Origin: Candidatus Pacearchaeota archaeon
GTDB lineage: Archaea > Nanobdellota > Nanobdellia > Pacearchaeales > UBA284
DNA: 32,000 nucleotides
Direction of reading: 5' to 3'
Assembly (NCBI GenBank): GCA_026016245.1
Contig: CP061211.1
Coordinates: 210,001 to 242,000 of the forward strand
The translations under genes were made by a program, and so were the position numbers. Positions 7,267 through 19,002 of the stretch are shown in pieces (within the stretch, counting starts at the first letter, position 1; each line of letters starts with the position of its first letter). The notes beneath the pieces were generated by a model. That model made no database searches and had not been told where the DNA came from. It saw nothing but the letters and a program-made list of their open reading frames with translations.

Positions 7267-9369
7267 ATGAATATGAAAAAAAAGATTATTTTTTCTTTTA
7301 TCTTGGTATTATTGATTTTATTACTAAATACAGTACAAGCATCAGTCTCGATTTCTGAGCCAAAAGGAACATATAATTTGGGGGATAGTCTGGATACTGA
7401 GATTGTGTTCTCTTATTCTGAACAGATCCACGGCTTTTTGAGAATAACTCTTGCTTGTGGTGGTGGAGAGAATTTGGTGTATTTTTCACCAACAATCATA
7501 GAAAGTTCACACAAAAGTGTTGATATATCCTATCCTGTATCTAAAGCCCTAGGCTCTTGTCATATTTCAGCCAGTATTGAGGATGAGAAAAACAATAAAT
7601 TAGAAGAAGAAAAAACAATTAATTTTTTACTGACAGACAAGATTGATATTGATGCCAGCATTAATAAAGAAGAATTTGAACCTTCTGATACTTTAGAAAT
7701 TGAAGGAGAAGCAATCAAGGCAAATGGTGAGAAAGTAAATGGCATCATAGAGATTTTAATTGATGATAATGAATATACAACAAGTGTTTCTAAAGGGAAA
7801 TTTTCTTATGGTTTAGAATTAGCTGAAAATATTCTGCCTGGACCACATAATATAATTCTAAAAATTGAAGATATTAAAGGCAATAAAGGAAATAATAGTG
7901 TTATTTTTAAAATAAAACAGATCCCAACTTCTCTTACAGTAGAAACTAACAATAATGAATTTATTTTAGATGAAATTTTAATTATTACTCCAAAATTATT
8001 TGATCAAGCCCAGCAAGTAATGTCTGAAAATATTAATGTAAGGTTATTATCAAAGGAAACTGTAATTCTTTTTTTAAGTAAGGATAGAGTGCTTCTTGAA
8101 GAATCTGTACAGAGCAGTAATGAGACAATGTATAGATTTACAGAAGATGCACCTCCAGGAGAATATATTGTGGAAGCTAGTTTTGATAATTTGAAAATTG
8201 AAAAAACTATCTTAGTATTAGAATTTGAAAAAGTAGAATTTAAGATGGAGAATAACACTCTGGCAGTTACAAATATTGGAAATGTTCCCTATAAAAAATC
8301 CATCGAAGTAATGTTTAAAATTCAAGAACAGGTTATAAGGGAGAGTATTGATCTTGACTTGGAAGTTGGAGAAACACAGGTTTTTGAGCTTGAGGCACCA
8401 AAAGGCACTTATGATTTAGATATTAATGCTGGTGAGGATAGCATGAAGTTTTCTAATGTTCCACTTACAGGAAATGTTGTAGCTACTATTGATTTAAATC
8501 CAGAAAAAAATATAGTGAATAATTGGGCTTTGTGGCTATTCATTGCTATAGTTATAATTTTGGTAATATTTTTGTATTTCAAAAATAAAAAGAAAAGAAA
8601 ATATGGGATAAAGAAAAAGGAAACAGAGAGAATAGATACTAAAGCAATTGAACGAGAGCATAGAATGATATCAGCAGGAGCAGTTGATAAGGACATTAAA
8701 AAAATATTTAATAAGCATACAGGGAAATTAGCTGCACAAACCATAATGCCTTCTTTGGTTTATGGAACAAAACAACAAATTTCTGTATTACTCATATCAA
8801 TTTCTGGATTTGAAAAATTTGCTGTTTTGAAGAAAAAAGACTTACAAAAGTTCAATAAGGTGCTTGACAGATATTTTGAGGCTATAACACAAAAAATAAA
8901 AGTTCATCAGGGAGTTGTTGATCTATATGGAAGTAATCTTGTTGTTTTCTTTAATGTTGTCAAACAATATAGGCATGATATTGCTGCCATAAAAACAGCC
9001 AAGGATATTAGGAAAATTACAGAAGTATTTAATGAGGCTGTGAAGAATCTTGATGTTGAATTGAGAGTTAAAGCTGGAATCAATACTGGCCTAGCCACTG
9101 TAAGCAGTATTGGGGCTGATAAAGCGGTAAAATACACTTCAATAGGTAATACAATAACATTAGCAAAAGCTCTGAAGAATAAAGCTTTAGAGAATGAGAT
9201 TTTAATTCCAGAAAAAATTTATGAGCATGTTTCTAATGTTATCAATGCAAAAAGAATAATGCCTCTTTATTTAACAGGAACTAAAGCTATTAATATTTAT
9301 TCTGTCAAAGATAATGGGGATGTGAAAGAAAGACATAGATGGTATGTTGACAGGGCTTTGAGAAGATAA
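7267..9369 (+). CDS. Single-pass membrane receptor: signal peptide, Ig-like extracellular repeats, one TM helix, and a C-terminal degenerate class III nucleotidyl cyclase homology domain
   Basis: Signal peptide KKKIIFSFILVLLILLLNTVQA. TM helix WALWLFIAIVIILVIFLYF (about 8524-8580). The C-terminal ISVLLISISGFEKF...HQGVVDLYGSNLVVFF...ELRVKAGINTGLATVSSIG...YTSIGNTITLAKAL aligns to the cyclase pattern vlFaDivGFT...KtiGDa...lrvRiGihtGpv..G.iG...y...GdtVNlAsR. A GGAGG sequence lies upstream of the ATG. Confidence 0.7.
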   Translation: MNMKKKIIFSFILVLLILLLNTVQASVSISEPKGTYNLGDSLDTEIVFSYSEQIHGFLRITLACGGGENLVYFSPTIIESSHKSVDISYPVSKALGSCHISASIEDEKNNKLEEEKTINFLLTDKIDIDASINKEEFEPSDTLEIEGEAIKANGEKVNGIIEILIDDNEYTTSVSKGKFSYGLELAENILPGPHNIILKIEDIKGNKGNNSVIFKIKQIPTSLTVETNNNEFILDEILIITPKLFDQAQQVMSENINVRLLSKETVILFLSKDRVLLEESVQSSNETMYRFTEDAPPGEYIVEASFDNLKIEKTILVLEFEKVEFKMENNTLAVTNIGNVPYKKSIEVMFKIQEQVIRESIDLDLEVGETQVFELEAPKGTYDLDINAGEDSMKFSNVPLTGNVVATIDLNPEKNIVNNWALWLFIAIVIILVIFLYFKNKKKRKYGIKKKETERIDTKAIEREHRMISAGAVDKDIKKIFNKHTGKLAAQTIMPSLVYGTKQQISVLLISISGFEKFAVLKKKDLQKFNKVLDRYFEAITQKIKVHQGVVDLYGSNLVVFFNVVKQYRHDIAAIKTAKDIRKITEVFNEAVKNLDVELRVKAGINTGLATVSSIGADKAVKYTSIGNTITLAKALKNKALENEILIPEKIYEHVSNVINAKRIMPLYLTGTKAINIYSVKDNGDVKERHRWYVDRALRR

Positions 9370-9377
9370 TAATATTA

Positions 9378-10292
9378 TTATTTTAATTCTTTTAAAATTG
9401 AACAGGCTTTGCATAAATCTTGAGATGAAGCAAAGCCACACTTTTTGCACTTTTTAAATACAAGAGTTTTATATTTTTCTTTTAACAGAGGATTTATTTT
9501 AAGAGAAGAATTTACTATTGCATTTTTCACTTCTGTATGTTTCTTTTCTAGTTGAATAAGCCACTCCCGTATTTCAACTCTTAAGGTTGTGCCACGGAGA
9601 GGACAAATACATGTTTCTTTAGGTGGTATTGGTATTTTCTTTAGCTTGGCATAAAGCACTATTTCTTTTGTTGAACATAAATAAAAAGGCTTGACTCTCT
9701 GCACAAATTCTTTTGTCCTTCTCACTCCAGTTAATGGTCCTAATTTTGCAAGCAATTCTGGATTTCCTTTTAAGAAATTTAGGAGTATGGTTTCAGCTTC
9801 ATCATCTAAAGAATGAGCTGTACAGATAACATTAAAACCTAATTGTTTTGCTTTCTTGTTTAGGAGCCATCTTTTCAAAATAGAACAAACATAACAATTA
9901 CTCAAATTTAGTTTTTTTATCTTCTTAGTTTTGCTGCTTAGAGTGAAGCCAAATTCTTTTTTGAAGGTGAATATTTTAACTTTGATATTATTTTGTTTTA
10001 GAAATTTTCCAGCTGCTTTTAAAATTTTTTTTCTATAACCAGGAATGCCTTCATCAATGGAAAGGCCAATAATTTCCTGACCTCCAGAACTATAAATCCT
10101 GTTTAGGAGATAAAGTAAAGTTAAACTATCTTTTCCCCCAGAAAAAGCCACTGCTATTTTGTCATTTTTTTCTATTAACTTATATTTTCTTATTGTCTTG
10201 GCAACTTTTTTTTCAAAATACTTTATGAAAGCATTTTTGTCTAGCCATCTACCACAGCTTAGATAATATACTCCTTTCTTAGGCTTCTTCAT
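9378..10292 (-). CDS. PP-loop tRNA 2-thiolation enzyme (TtuA/Ncs6/TtcA family)
   Basis: PP-loop AVAFSGGKDSLTLL. Candidate Fe-S ligand cysteines are SNCYVCS and TCICP. The C-terminal zinc ribbon is CKKCGF...CKAC. Confidence 0.8.
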   Translation of the reverse strand: MKKPKKGVYYLSCGRWLDKNAFIKYFEKKVAKTIRKYKLIEKNDKIAVAFSGGKDSLTLLYLLNRIYSSGGQEIIGLSIDEGIPGYRKKILKAAGKFLKQNNIKVKIFTFKKEFGFTLSSKTKKIKKLNLSNCYVCSILKRWLLNKKAKQLGFNVICTAHSLDDEAETILLNFLKGNPELLAKLGPLTGVRRTKEFVQRVKPFYLCSTKEIVLYAKLKKIPIPPKETCICPLRGTTLRVEIREWLIQLEKKHTEVKNAIVNSSLKINPLLKEKYKTLVFKKCKKCGFASSQDLCKACSILKELK

Positions 10293-10303
10293 TTTTTGCT
10301 TTT

Positions 10304-10510
10304 TTATTCTATTTTTTTTATCTTAATGATTTTTACTGGACACACATCTGCTGCTTTTTTATTACATTCATATTCCTCTTCAGTAATCTCTGTTCTTTCT
10401 GGTTTGGCTTTTCCATCATCACCAATAGCCCAGTTTTTATTACAAGCAGTAATACAAGCTCCGCAGCCTATACATCTTTCATGATCCTGGATAATTTTGT
10501 ATTTTGCCAT
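10304..10510 (-). CDS. Small 4Fe-4S ferredoxin
   Basis: CIGCGACITAC ... CP motif. I start it at MAKYKII (10510); the ORF track extends to 10525. It is 11 nt upstream of the thiolation enzyme on the same strand. Confidence 0.8.
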   Translation of the reverse strand: MAKYKIIQDHERCIGCGACITACNKNWAIGDDGKAKPERTEITEEEYECNKKAADVCPVKIIKIKKIE

Positions 10511-10592
10511 TTTAAGATGTTGCAAGATGAATATAAAAAATTTTATTTATAAAACAATAATCTTTATAAACTAAAAAGTAGTAAAATAGGGC

Positions 10593-10901
10593 ATGAGTAA
10601 AGGTCAAAAAGAACTTAGCACATTATTTCAAAAAGGCAAATATGGTAGAGTTTTTGCTTGTATTAAGGAAATAGTATTTGAAAATTGGAAACATTCTGGT
10701 CCTATTATTTATGTTGGGAAATTAACAAAAAATTCTAGAAAATATAAAATTGAAAAAGTCCCCCACCTCCAGATCCCTTACAAAGGAAGGATGGTGCCTA
10801 TTTCTCTCTATCAACGAGTACCCACTGAGATAGCTGCAGATATTCGTGATTTTTTATATAGTAGAAAAACATTAGAAGACACGCTTAAGAATTTTTATTG
10901 A
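10593..10901 (+). CDS. Hypothetical protein
   Basis: 102-aa ORF convergent with gyrA (1-nt gap). No motif recognised. Confidence 0.4.
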   Translation: MSKGQKELSTLFQKGKYGRVFACIKEIVFENWKHSGPIIYVGKLTKNSRKYKIEKVPHLQIPYKGRMVPISLYQRVPTEIAADIRDFLYSRKTLEDTLKNFY

Positions 10902-10902
10902 T

Positions 10903-13422
10903 TTAAATCTGAACCTTCACCAGGTCAGCCACCCTATCATCTTGTCTCAAACGAATTATTCTCACTCCTTGCGTATTTCTTCCCATAACACGAATGTCTT
11001 TACAAGGAACTCTAATAACCATTCCTTTTAGGGTTGTTACAATTATTGAATCTTTTGTTGTCACTAGCTGTATTCCAATAACTTTTCCATTTCTTTCAGA
11101 ACAGTTTATGTTAATGATCCCTTTGCAAGCTCTTGATGTTCTCCTATAATCACTTATCAAGCTTCTTTTGCCATATCCTTTTTCTGTTATTGTCAATAAT
11201 GTAAGGTCTTTATTTTGCTGCTCTTCTTTATTTAGAGATACTAAGCCAATAACTTCATCATCTTTATCTAGTTTTATTGTAATGACACCATAAGCAGCTT
11301 TTCCCATCTCTCTAATATCACTTGCCTTGCATCTGACAGCTATCCCTTTCTTCGTTGCAAGAATAATCTCACTTTCATTAGTAACGACTCTTGCATCAAC
11401 AATACCATCATCCATTGGTAGGCTTACAGCTTTAACACCAGATTTTTTGATTCTAATAAAAGCATCTAAGCTAACTCTCTTTGCTATTCCTCTTTTTGTT
11501 GCTATAAATAATGAGCCTTTAAGTTCTGTTAAAGGAATTATTGCTTTAATCTTGTCTGTGATTTGAAGCAGATTTATTAGAGCTTTTCCCTTGCTATATC
11601 TTGTTGCTGAAGGGATATCATATGCTTTCAAAGTGTATAACTTGCCTCTTTCTGTCAAAAATAGGATATTATGATGGGTATTGCAGACAAAAACCCTTTG
11701 TACAAAATCTCCTATTGTAAGCTCAGTTCCAGTAATTCCCTTACCACCTCTTCTCTGTTCCTGATACACTTTTAGAGGCATTCTTTTGATATATCCTTTT
11801 GATGTCAGCAAGACAGCAACGTCTTCTTTTTTGATTAGATCTATTTCTTTTATTTGTCTGATTCTCTCTATAATTTTTGTTTTTCTCTCGTCGCCATACT
11901 TTCTCCTTAGTTCATAAAGCTCTTTGATTATTATATTCAAAATCTCTTGCTCACTTCCTAGTATTTTTTCCAGCTCTTTAATTTTCTTTTTTATCTCATC
12001 AAACTCCTTTTTTAGTTTATCTTGCTCAAGCTGTGTTAATTTTTGTAGTTTCATATCTAATATTGCTTGAGCTTGTTTCTGGCTTAGCTTGTATTTGTTC
12101 ATAAGCTGAGAAGTGGCTTCTGACACTCCTTTGGCTTTCTTAATCAATGTAATGACTGAATCAAGATTTTTTAAAGCAATTATTAAACCAGAAAGAATAT
12201 GTTCCCTGTCCTTTGTGACCTGAAGCTCATATTGGGTTCTTTTCCTGACTATGTGCAGTCTGTGTTTTATGTAACATTCAATGAACTGCTTTAAATTGAG
12301 AATCTTTGGCTGGCCTGCTACAAGTCCTAACATAATTGCATGGAATTTTGTTTCTAGCAGTGTAAGTTTGAAAAGTTTATTGAGAATTAATTTTGAATTT
12401 GTTCCTCTCCTCAAGAAAAGCACTACACGAATTTGATCTTTGGCAGATTCATCTCTGATGTCAGCAATATCTTGGATTCTTTTTTCTTGAACAAGTCTAG
12501 CTATTGTTTTGATTAATTCTGCTTTGTTTACTTGATAAGGCAGTTCAGTGATAATAATTGCCTCTCTCTCGCCTTTGACATGCTCTATGACTGCTTTGCC
12601 CCTCATTATAAAAGAACCTCTTCCAGTCTTATACATTTCAGAGATACCTTCTCTGTGAATAGAACCAGCAGTAGGAAAATCAGGGCCTTTGATGTATTTC
12701 ATTAATTCGTCAATAGTTATTTTTGGTTTTCTTATGCAAGCAATTATAGCTTCAATAACTTCTGTGATGTTGTGAGGAGGCATATTTGTTGCCATTCCTA
12801 CAGCAATTCCAGTTGCTCCATTGATAAGCAAATTAGGAGGTTTTCCAGGAAGAATTTCAGGCTCTTTCAAAGAATTGTCAAAATTAGGAATCATCTTGAC
12901 TGTCTTCTTGTCTAGATCTTGTAAAATTTCTTCTGCTATTGCCTGAAGTCTGGCCTCGGTGTAACGCATCGCGGCCGGGGGATCTGCATCAATAGAACCA
13001 AAATTACCTTGTCCTTGGATAAGTGGATAACGAAGAGAGAATGATTGAGCCATTCTTACAAGAGCATCATAAATAGCTATGTCTCCATGAGGATGATATT
13101 TACCCATACAATCACCAACAATTCTAGCTGATTTTTTTGTTGGCTTGTTATGTGACAGACTCATTTGATACATAGCATAAAGAATTCTCCTCTGCACAGG
13201 CTTCAAACCATCTTCTACACTAGGCAATGCTCTAGCAACTATAACAGACATAGCATAATCAATGTAAGATTCTCTCATTTCTTCTTCTATCTTTATTTCT
13301 TGAACAGTTTCATCCTTTCCTATGTTTTGTGGAGGTGCCATTACCTTATCTTCCTCCTCATTATTATTTTCTTTTTTTGTTTCTTTTTCGTTTTCAGTTT
13401 CTTCTTTAGTTGCCATCTCCAA
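10903..13422 (-). CDS. gyrA: DNA gyrase subunit A
   Basis: [30 protein letters not shown], the catalytic-Tyr motif [10 protein letters not shown], and a C-terminal beta-pinwheel repeat region. The acidic N-terminal extension makes the start uncertain (alternatives 13416 or 13341). Confidence 0.97.
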   Translation of the reverse strand: MEMATKEETENEKETKKENNNEEEDKVMAPPQNIGKDETVQEIKIEEEMRESYIDYAMSVIVARALPSVEDGLKPVQRRILYAMYQMSLSHNKPTKKSARIVGDCMGKYHPHGDIAIYDALVRMAQSFSLRYPLIQGQGNFGSIDADPPAAMRYTEARLQAIAEEILQDLDKKTVKMIPNFDNSLKEPEILPGKPPNLLINGATGIAVGMATNMPPHNITEVIEAIIACIRKPKITIDELMKYIKGPDFPTAGSIHREGISEMYKTGRGSFIMRGKAVIEHVKGEREAIIITELPYQVNKAELIKTIARLVQEKRIQDIADIRDESAKDQIRVVLFLRRGTNSKLILNKLFKLTLLETKFHAIMLGLVAGQPKILNLKQFIECYIKHRLHIVRKRTQYELQVTKDREHILSGLIIALKNLDSVITLIKKAKGVSEATSQLMNKYKLSQKQAQAILDMKLQKLTQLEQDKLKKEFDEIKKKIKELEKILGSEQEILNIIIKELYELRRKYGDERKTKIIERIRQIKEIDLIKKEDVAVLLTSKGYIKRMPLKVYQEQRRGGKGITGTELTIGDFVQRVFVCNTHHNILFLTERGKLYTLKAYDIPSATRYSKGKALINLLQITDKIKAIIPLTELKGSLFIATKRGIAKRVSLDAFIRIKKSGVKAVSLPMDDGIVDARVVTNESEIILATKKGIAVRCKASDIREMGKAAYGVITIKLDKDDEVIGLVSLNKEEQQNKDLTLLTITEKGYGKRSLISDYRRTSRACKGIININCSERNGKVIGIQLVTTKDSIIVTTLKGMVIRVPCKDIRVMGRNTQGVRIIRLRQDDRVADLVKVQI

Positions 13423-13711
13423 AAACCTCCTTAACTTTGCTTAGATAATATTTTGCAGCTTTCTTTATCTTTTTATCATCTATTTTCTCTAATTCTATTA
13501 ATCCTAAAGACAAAAGATACATGTCTGCTACTTCTTCTTTGAAATGTCCTTCCTTGTCTTCTTTTTCCTTTAGCTTTGTTAGTTTGATTATGTGTTTTCC
13601 TATCTGCTCCAATAAATGATAAAAGATTTCCTTGTCTGTTTTCAATTTTTTTCGATAATTAACTTGAATTTCTTCTATTATTTTCTTAATTTCTTTTATT
13701 TCTTCTGTCAT
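13406..13711 (-). CDS. Small all-alpha protein, MazG-like NTP pyrophosphohydrolase fold (tentative)
   Basis: LLEQIGKH...[22 protein letters not shown] resembles the E-x2-G-E ... EE-x-aD helix pair of the MazG/HisE superfamily. It has a 4-nt overlap with the upstream gene and overlaps the annotated gyrA start. Confidence 0.4.
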   Translation of the reverse strand: MTEEIKEIKKIIEEIQVNYRKKLKTDKEIFYHLLEQIGKHIIKLTKLKEKEDKEGHFKEEVADMYLLSLGLIELEKIDDKKIKKAAKYYLSKVKEVFGDGN

Positions 13712-14145
13712 TTTTTGCTTAAATCTTTTTTAAATGATTTATTTATTCCAACTTTAAGACAATTGTTAAGCCAAATACACTTCCGACAAATATTCTTTAT
13801 TGTTTTTTGATTAACTTTTTCCATAGATAAGTTAAAAATATCTTTTGCTTTATGTATGGAGTTTTCTTTTAATTTTAGATACTTGAAAACTTTGTTATCT
13901 TCAGCAACCACCCATTTTTGTATTTCTGGAGATAGTATACATTTTTTATTATAGAGATGAGGACATTTTTCGCAAAGATCATCGTATTTCTTTACTACTT
14001 TTATTTTTGTATTTGGATTTTTTCTTATATGTAAACAAATCTTCTTCATATTACCTGCAAAGGTTTTGTCATATCCTCCGCTATAGAATCTTGGGATACA
14101 TAAAAGATGATGTGCTCTTATTTTTATCATTTTTTCTTCTGCCAT
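13708..14145 (-). CDS. DUF1284-like Cys-rich protein
   Basis: N-terminal IKIRAHHLLCIPRFYSGGYDKTF matches the RxHHLLC..F.G.GY signature I associate with DUF1284. Additional CxxC pairs are present (CEKCP, CRKC). Confidence 0.6.
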   Translation of the reverse strand: MAEEKMIKIRAHHLLCIPRFYSGGYDKTFAGNMKKICLHIRKNPNTKIKVVKKYDDLCEKCPHLYNKKCILSPEIQKWVVAEDNKVFKYLKLKENSIHKAKDIFNLSMEKVNQKTIKNICRKCIWLNNCLKVGINKSFKKDLSKK

Positions 14146-14146
14146 T

Positions 14147-14746
14147 TTAAATTCCTATATTAAATTTTTTTAAATCTTTTTTGAATTGTCTTATATTCTT
14201 GAATAAAATTGTTTTAATTTTCAATTTTTTTGCAGGTAATATATTTCTTCTTACATCATCTATAAATATACATTCTTGAGGGTTTAATTTCAATTTTTTT
14301 AAAGTAATTTTATAAATCTTAGCATCTGGTTTTCTTGTCCCAACTTTATATGATAAAATAACTAAGTTGAAAATCTTGTAAAAGTTAAATCTTTTAATCA
14401 CTCTATCAGAAATAAGTGTTTGATTAGATAAGATTATAATTTTATAATTCTTTTTTAATTTCTTTACTAAGTTGATCATTATAGGATTCTTTTTATGAAC
14501 TGCTTTATATCCTTCAAATAAGATTTTTTCTATTCTTTTTTCATCAATATTTAATTTTTTAGCAGTTTTCTTTAAGGCGATTTTTTGAGATATTTTTCCC
14601 CTGATTAAAAGATTGCGTTCTGGTTCTATTCTTTTTTTCCAAGTTGCTCTTTTAAGATTAAATTTCCGCGCCATATAAGTATGAAAATCTTTATATTTAG
14701 TTAGTACCCCGCCAATATCAAAAATAATTGCTTTTATCTTTTCCAT
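14147..14746 (-). CDS. HAD-superfamily hydrolase (subfamily IA-like)
   Basis: Motif I AIIFDIGGVL (the second Asp is replaced by Gly), motif II ILSNQ, motif IV IFIDDV. Confidence 0.8.
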   Translation of the reverse strand: MEKIKAIIFDIGGVLTKYKDFHTYMARKFNLKRATWKKRIEPERNLLIRGKISQKIALKKTAKKLNIDEKRIEKILFEGYKAVHKKNPIMINLVKKLKKNYKIIILSNQTLISDRVIKRFNFYKIFNLVILSYKVGTRKPDAKIYKITLKKLKLNPQECIFIDDVRRNILPAKKLKIKTILFKNIRQFKKDLKKFNIGI

Positions 14747-14747
14747 T

Positions 14748-15089
14748 TTAACATGTAAGATGGAATAAGCCAGCTTTCTTTTCTTTTATTTTATTAAATT
14801 TTTTTATGGCGATTGGAGTAGGAGCTTCAATAACTTCTATATTTTGTTCTCTTGCTCTATTCATAACTTCTGGTTCAATTTCAGCTACTCCGCTCTGTCC
14901 AGTTCCTATCACAATAACTTTTGGATTTTCCTTAAACAAAGGCTCTATCTCTTCTATGCAGACAATATGTGTTCCTTTTTGTAATCCTCTTTTCTTAATT
15001 CTGTCATCAGCCAAGATAATAACATCATCACCATAGGTTTTGCCATCTATTGTGATGTTTCCGAAAGATGTTGAATCTATGTATGCCAT
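14748..15089 (-). CDS. MTH938-like (DUF498/NDUFAF3-like) domain protein
   Basis: FGNITIDGKTYGDDVII...H...IEEIEPL...PKVIVIGTGQSG...EVIEAPTPIAIKKFN...AGLFHLTC matches the Mth938 domain pattern. Confidence 0.6.
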   Translation of the reverse strand: MAYIDSTSFGNITIDGKTYGDDVIILADDRIKKRGLQKGTHIVCIEEIEPLFKENPKVIVIGTGQSGVAEIEPEVMNRAREQNIEVIEAPTPIAIKKFNKIKEKKAGLFHLTC

Positions 15090-15101
15090 TTTGTTTTTGT
15101 T

Positions 15102-17138
<2,037 letters not shown>

Positions 17139-17217
17139 TTAAGAAAGGGATATTTAAAAAGCTTTCTGCCTAATTTTAGCTGAGTTAGGGCTTAATTCTT
17201 AAAAATTCAAGATAATC

Positions 17218-18567
17218 TTATTTTTTCTTTGTTTGCTTTTTTGGGACTTTTTCTAGCTTTTTCTTCTTTAACTTCTGTTTTCTCCTTCTAGCTAGGATTA
17301 TAATAAGAACTACCATGATTATAATTATCAAAATATAATAATACCAACATACATAGATATTACAACAAAATCCAGCTAAACAACACTGGGGAATGCATCG
17401 GTTTCTTTCACACTTAAATGTAGTACAAAGACCTGTAGGAAGGCATCCACAGTCTACACAACAATTCTCACTTGTTTCAGCTAGCTCACATGTACCATCA
17501 CCACACTTTGCTACAAGGCCATAGCAATCAGTTGGGCAGTTTTCCCAATTCTCACCAGCTGCAGTATCACAGAAACCATCACCACAAACAACATCACCGC
17601 AATCACTAGGACAGTTCTCAGGCGTTTCTCCTAGTTCAATATCACAAACCATGTTCCCACAATATAGAGGACAGTCAGGACATACAGCATAAAACTCGCC
17701 AAATTCACATATTCCATTATAATTACAAGTCCCATTACAATCACTAGGACAATTCACATGATTTTCCCCGCAGTCTGGTTCACAAATATAATTACCACAA
17801 ATACATCCAGGGCAGTCTATAAGACAAATAGTGGAAGTTTCATTATAACTGCCACAAGGCCCAATAATAGTATCACAGATGCCATTGCCACAAGGACAGT
17901 CTTCAAAGCAAGTTATATTAGTCTCATTATACTCTGACTGACATAAGCCATCAGGACAATGGCAATCAATAGGGCAATTAGAACAATTTTCCCCGAGACT
18001 TGGTTCACATACTAGATTCATATTACAAAGCTGGCAATCTATACAATTAGTGGAATTTTCACACATATAAGGAAAAGTAGAATTTGGAATTGGCTCACAG
18101 ATGCTGTTATTGTTACATTGAGGAATACAGTCTTGAGGACAATTTGCACAAGTTTCTCCAGTAGCATTATTACAATTGCCATCACCACAAAAAGAAGGAT
18201 CTCCTAATTGTGTGTCAGGAGCTTGATCATTACCAAATTCAGAGAGTGTGACTTGCGTACTTACATTATGAGTTGAATTTCCAATAAAAATATAGACAAT
18301 ATCATCTTTTCCCCATTGTTGTGCACAGTTGCCAATATCAACAGCATACCAATTATCTAATCCAGAATTTCCATTTTTTCCTACAATATCATGAAGTGTG
18401 CAGTAAATGTTAATTCCATCTGAAACATCAAACACAACATCTAAACCATTAGGAGAAACACCATTTGGAGAATCTTTAACAAAGCCATTAACCCCATGCT
18501 GTGTTCCAGCAATAACAAGGGGAATAGAGATAATAACAATCAATGCTATAAAAAATAATCTTTTCAT
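17218..18567 (-). CDS. Cys-rich repeat surface protein with signal peptide and C-terminal TM anchor
   Basis: Signal peptide MKRLFFIALIVIISIPLVIAG. At least 7 repeats of C-G-[DN]-[GYM]-x-C-x(3-10)-[GE]-E-x(2-4)-C-[PLV]-x-D-C occur across about 17355-18189. The TM helix is YYYILIIIIMVVLIIILA, followed by a Lys-rich tail. There are many N-x-S/T sequons. Confidence 0.75.
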   Translation of the reverse strand: MKRLFFIALIVIISIPLVIAGTQHGVNGFVKDSPNGVSPNGLDVVFDVSDGINIYCTLHDIVGKNGNSGLDNWYAVDIGNCAQQWGKDDIVYIFIGNSTHNVSTQVTLSEFGNDQAPDTQLGDPSFCGDGNCNNATGETCANCPQDCIPQCNNNSICEPIPNSTFPYMCENSTNCIDCQLCNMNLVCEPSLGENCSNCPIDCHCPDGLCQSEYNETNITCFEDCPCGNGICDTIIGPCGSYNETSTICLIDCPGCICGNYICEPDCGENHVNCPSDCNGTCNYNGICEFGEFYAVCPDCPLYCGNMVCDIELGETPENCPSDCGDVVCGDGFCDTAAGENWENCPTDCYGLVAKCGDGTCELAETSENCCVDCGCLPTGLCTTFKCERNRCIPQCCLAGFCCNIYVCWYYYILIIIIMVVLIIILARRRKQKLKKKKLEKVPKKQTKKK

Positions 18568-18681
18568 CTTACCTCTTTTCTATTTTAATATTGTTTTTCT
18601 TATTTTTAAATATTTTGAATATCTCAAAAATCTTCTTTTTCTTGTTTCTTTTCTTATCTTTCTTCTTTTATTCACCTATAA

Positions 18682-18732
18682 ATAAATAGATAGATACATA
18701 AGTGACGAAACCGATAGATTTATAAATAGATA
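18682..18732. promoter_or_regulatory. Two ATAAATAGATA boxes in the divergent spacer between the surface-protein genes
   Basis: An exact 11-mer occurs at 18682-18692 and 18722-18732 (40-nt spacing). The second lies about 30 nt upstream of the wHTH ATG (18763), so it may simply be its TATA region. Confidence 0.3.
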
Positions 18733-18762
18733 TTTATTCAGAATAATTATAAAAGAGGGAAG

Positions 18763-19002
18763 ATGGCAAACCTACGTAGCCATGAGGATAGTATAGCCAA
18801 GGCAATTCTTAGAGTAATTAATACAGCTTCAGAGCCTCTTGAAACTAAAGAAATTGAACAAGCTTTAAGTAAGATTAAGGGAATCACAAGAACCAAACTT
18901 TTCTACAGATTAATGTTACTGAGAGGCGAAAGTCTTGTCTTAGGTAAATTTGTCGGTCCTGGCAAGGGTGTCTGGATCTGGTGGAAAAAAACAAAAAAAT
19001 GA
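18763..19002 (+). CDS. Small winged-helix-like DNA-binding protein (putative transcriptional regulator)
   Basis: 79 aa. EPLETKEIEQALSKIKGITRTKLFYRLMLLRGESLVLGK fits a helix-turn-helix plus wing pattern. Its stop overlaps the next gene's ATG (ATGA). Confidence 0.45.
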   Translation: MANLRSHEDSIAKAILRVINTASEPLETKEIEQALSKIKGITRTKLFYRLMLLRGESLVLGKFVGPGKGVWIWWKKTKK

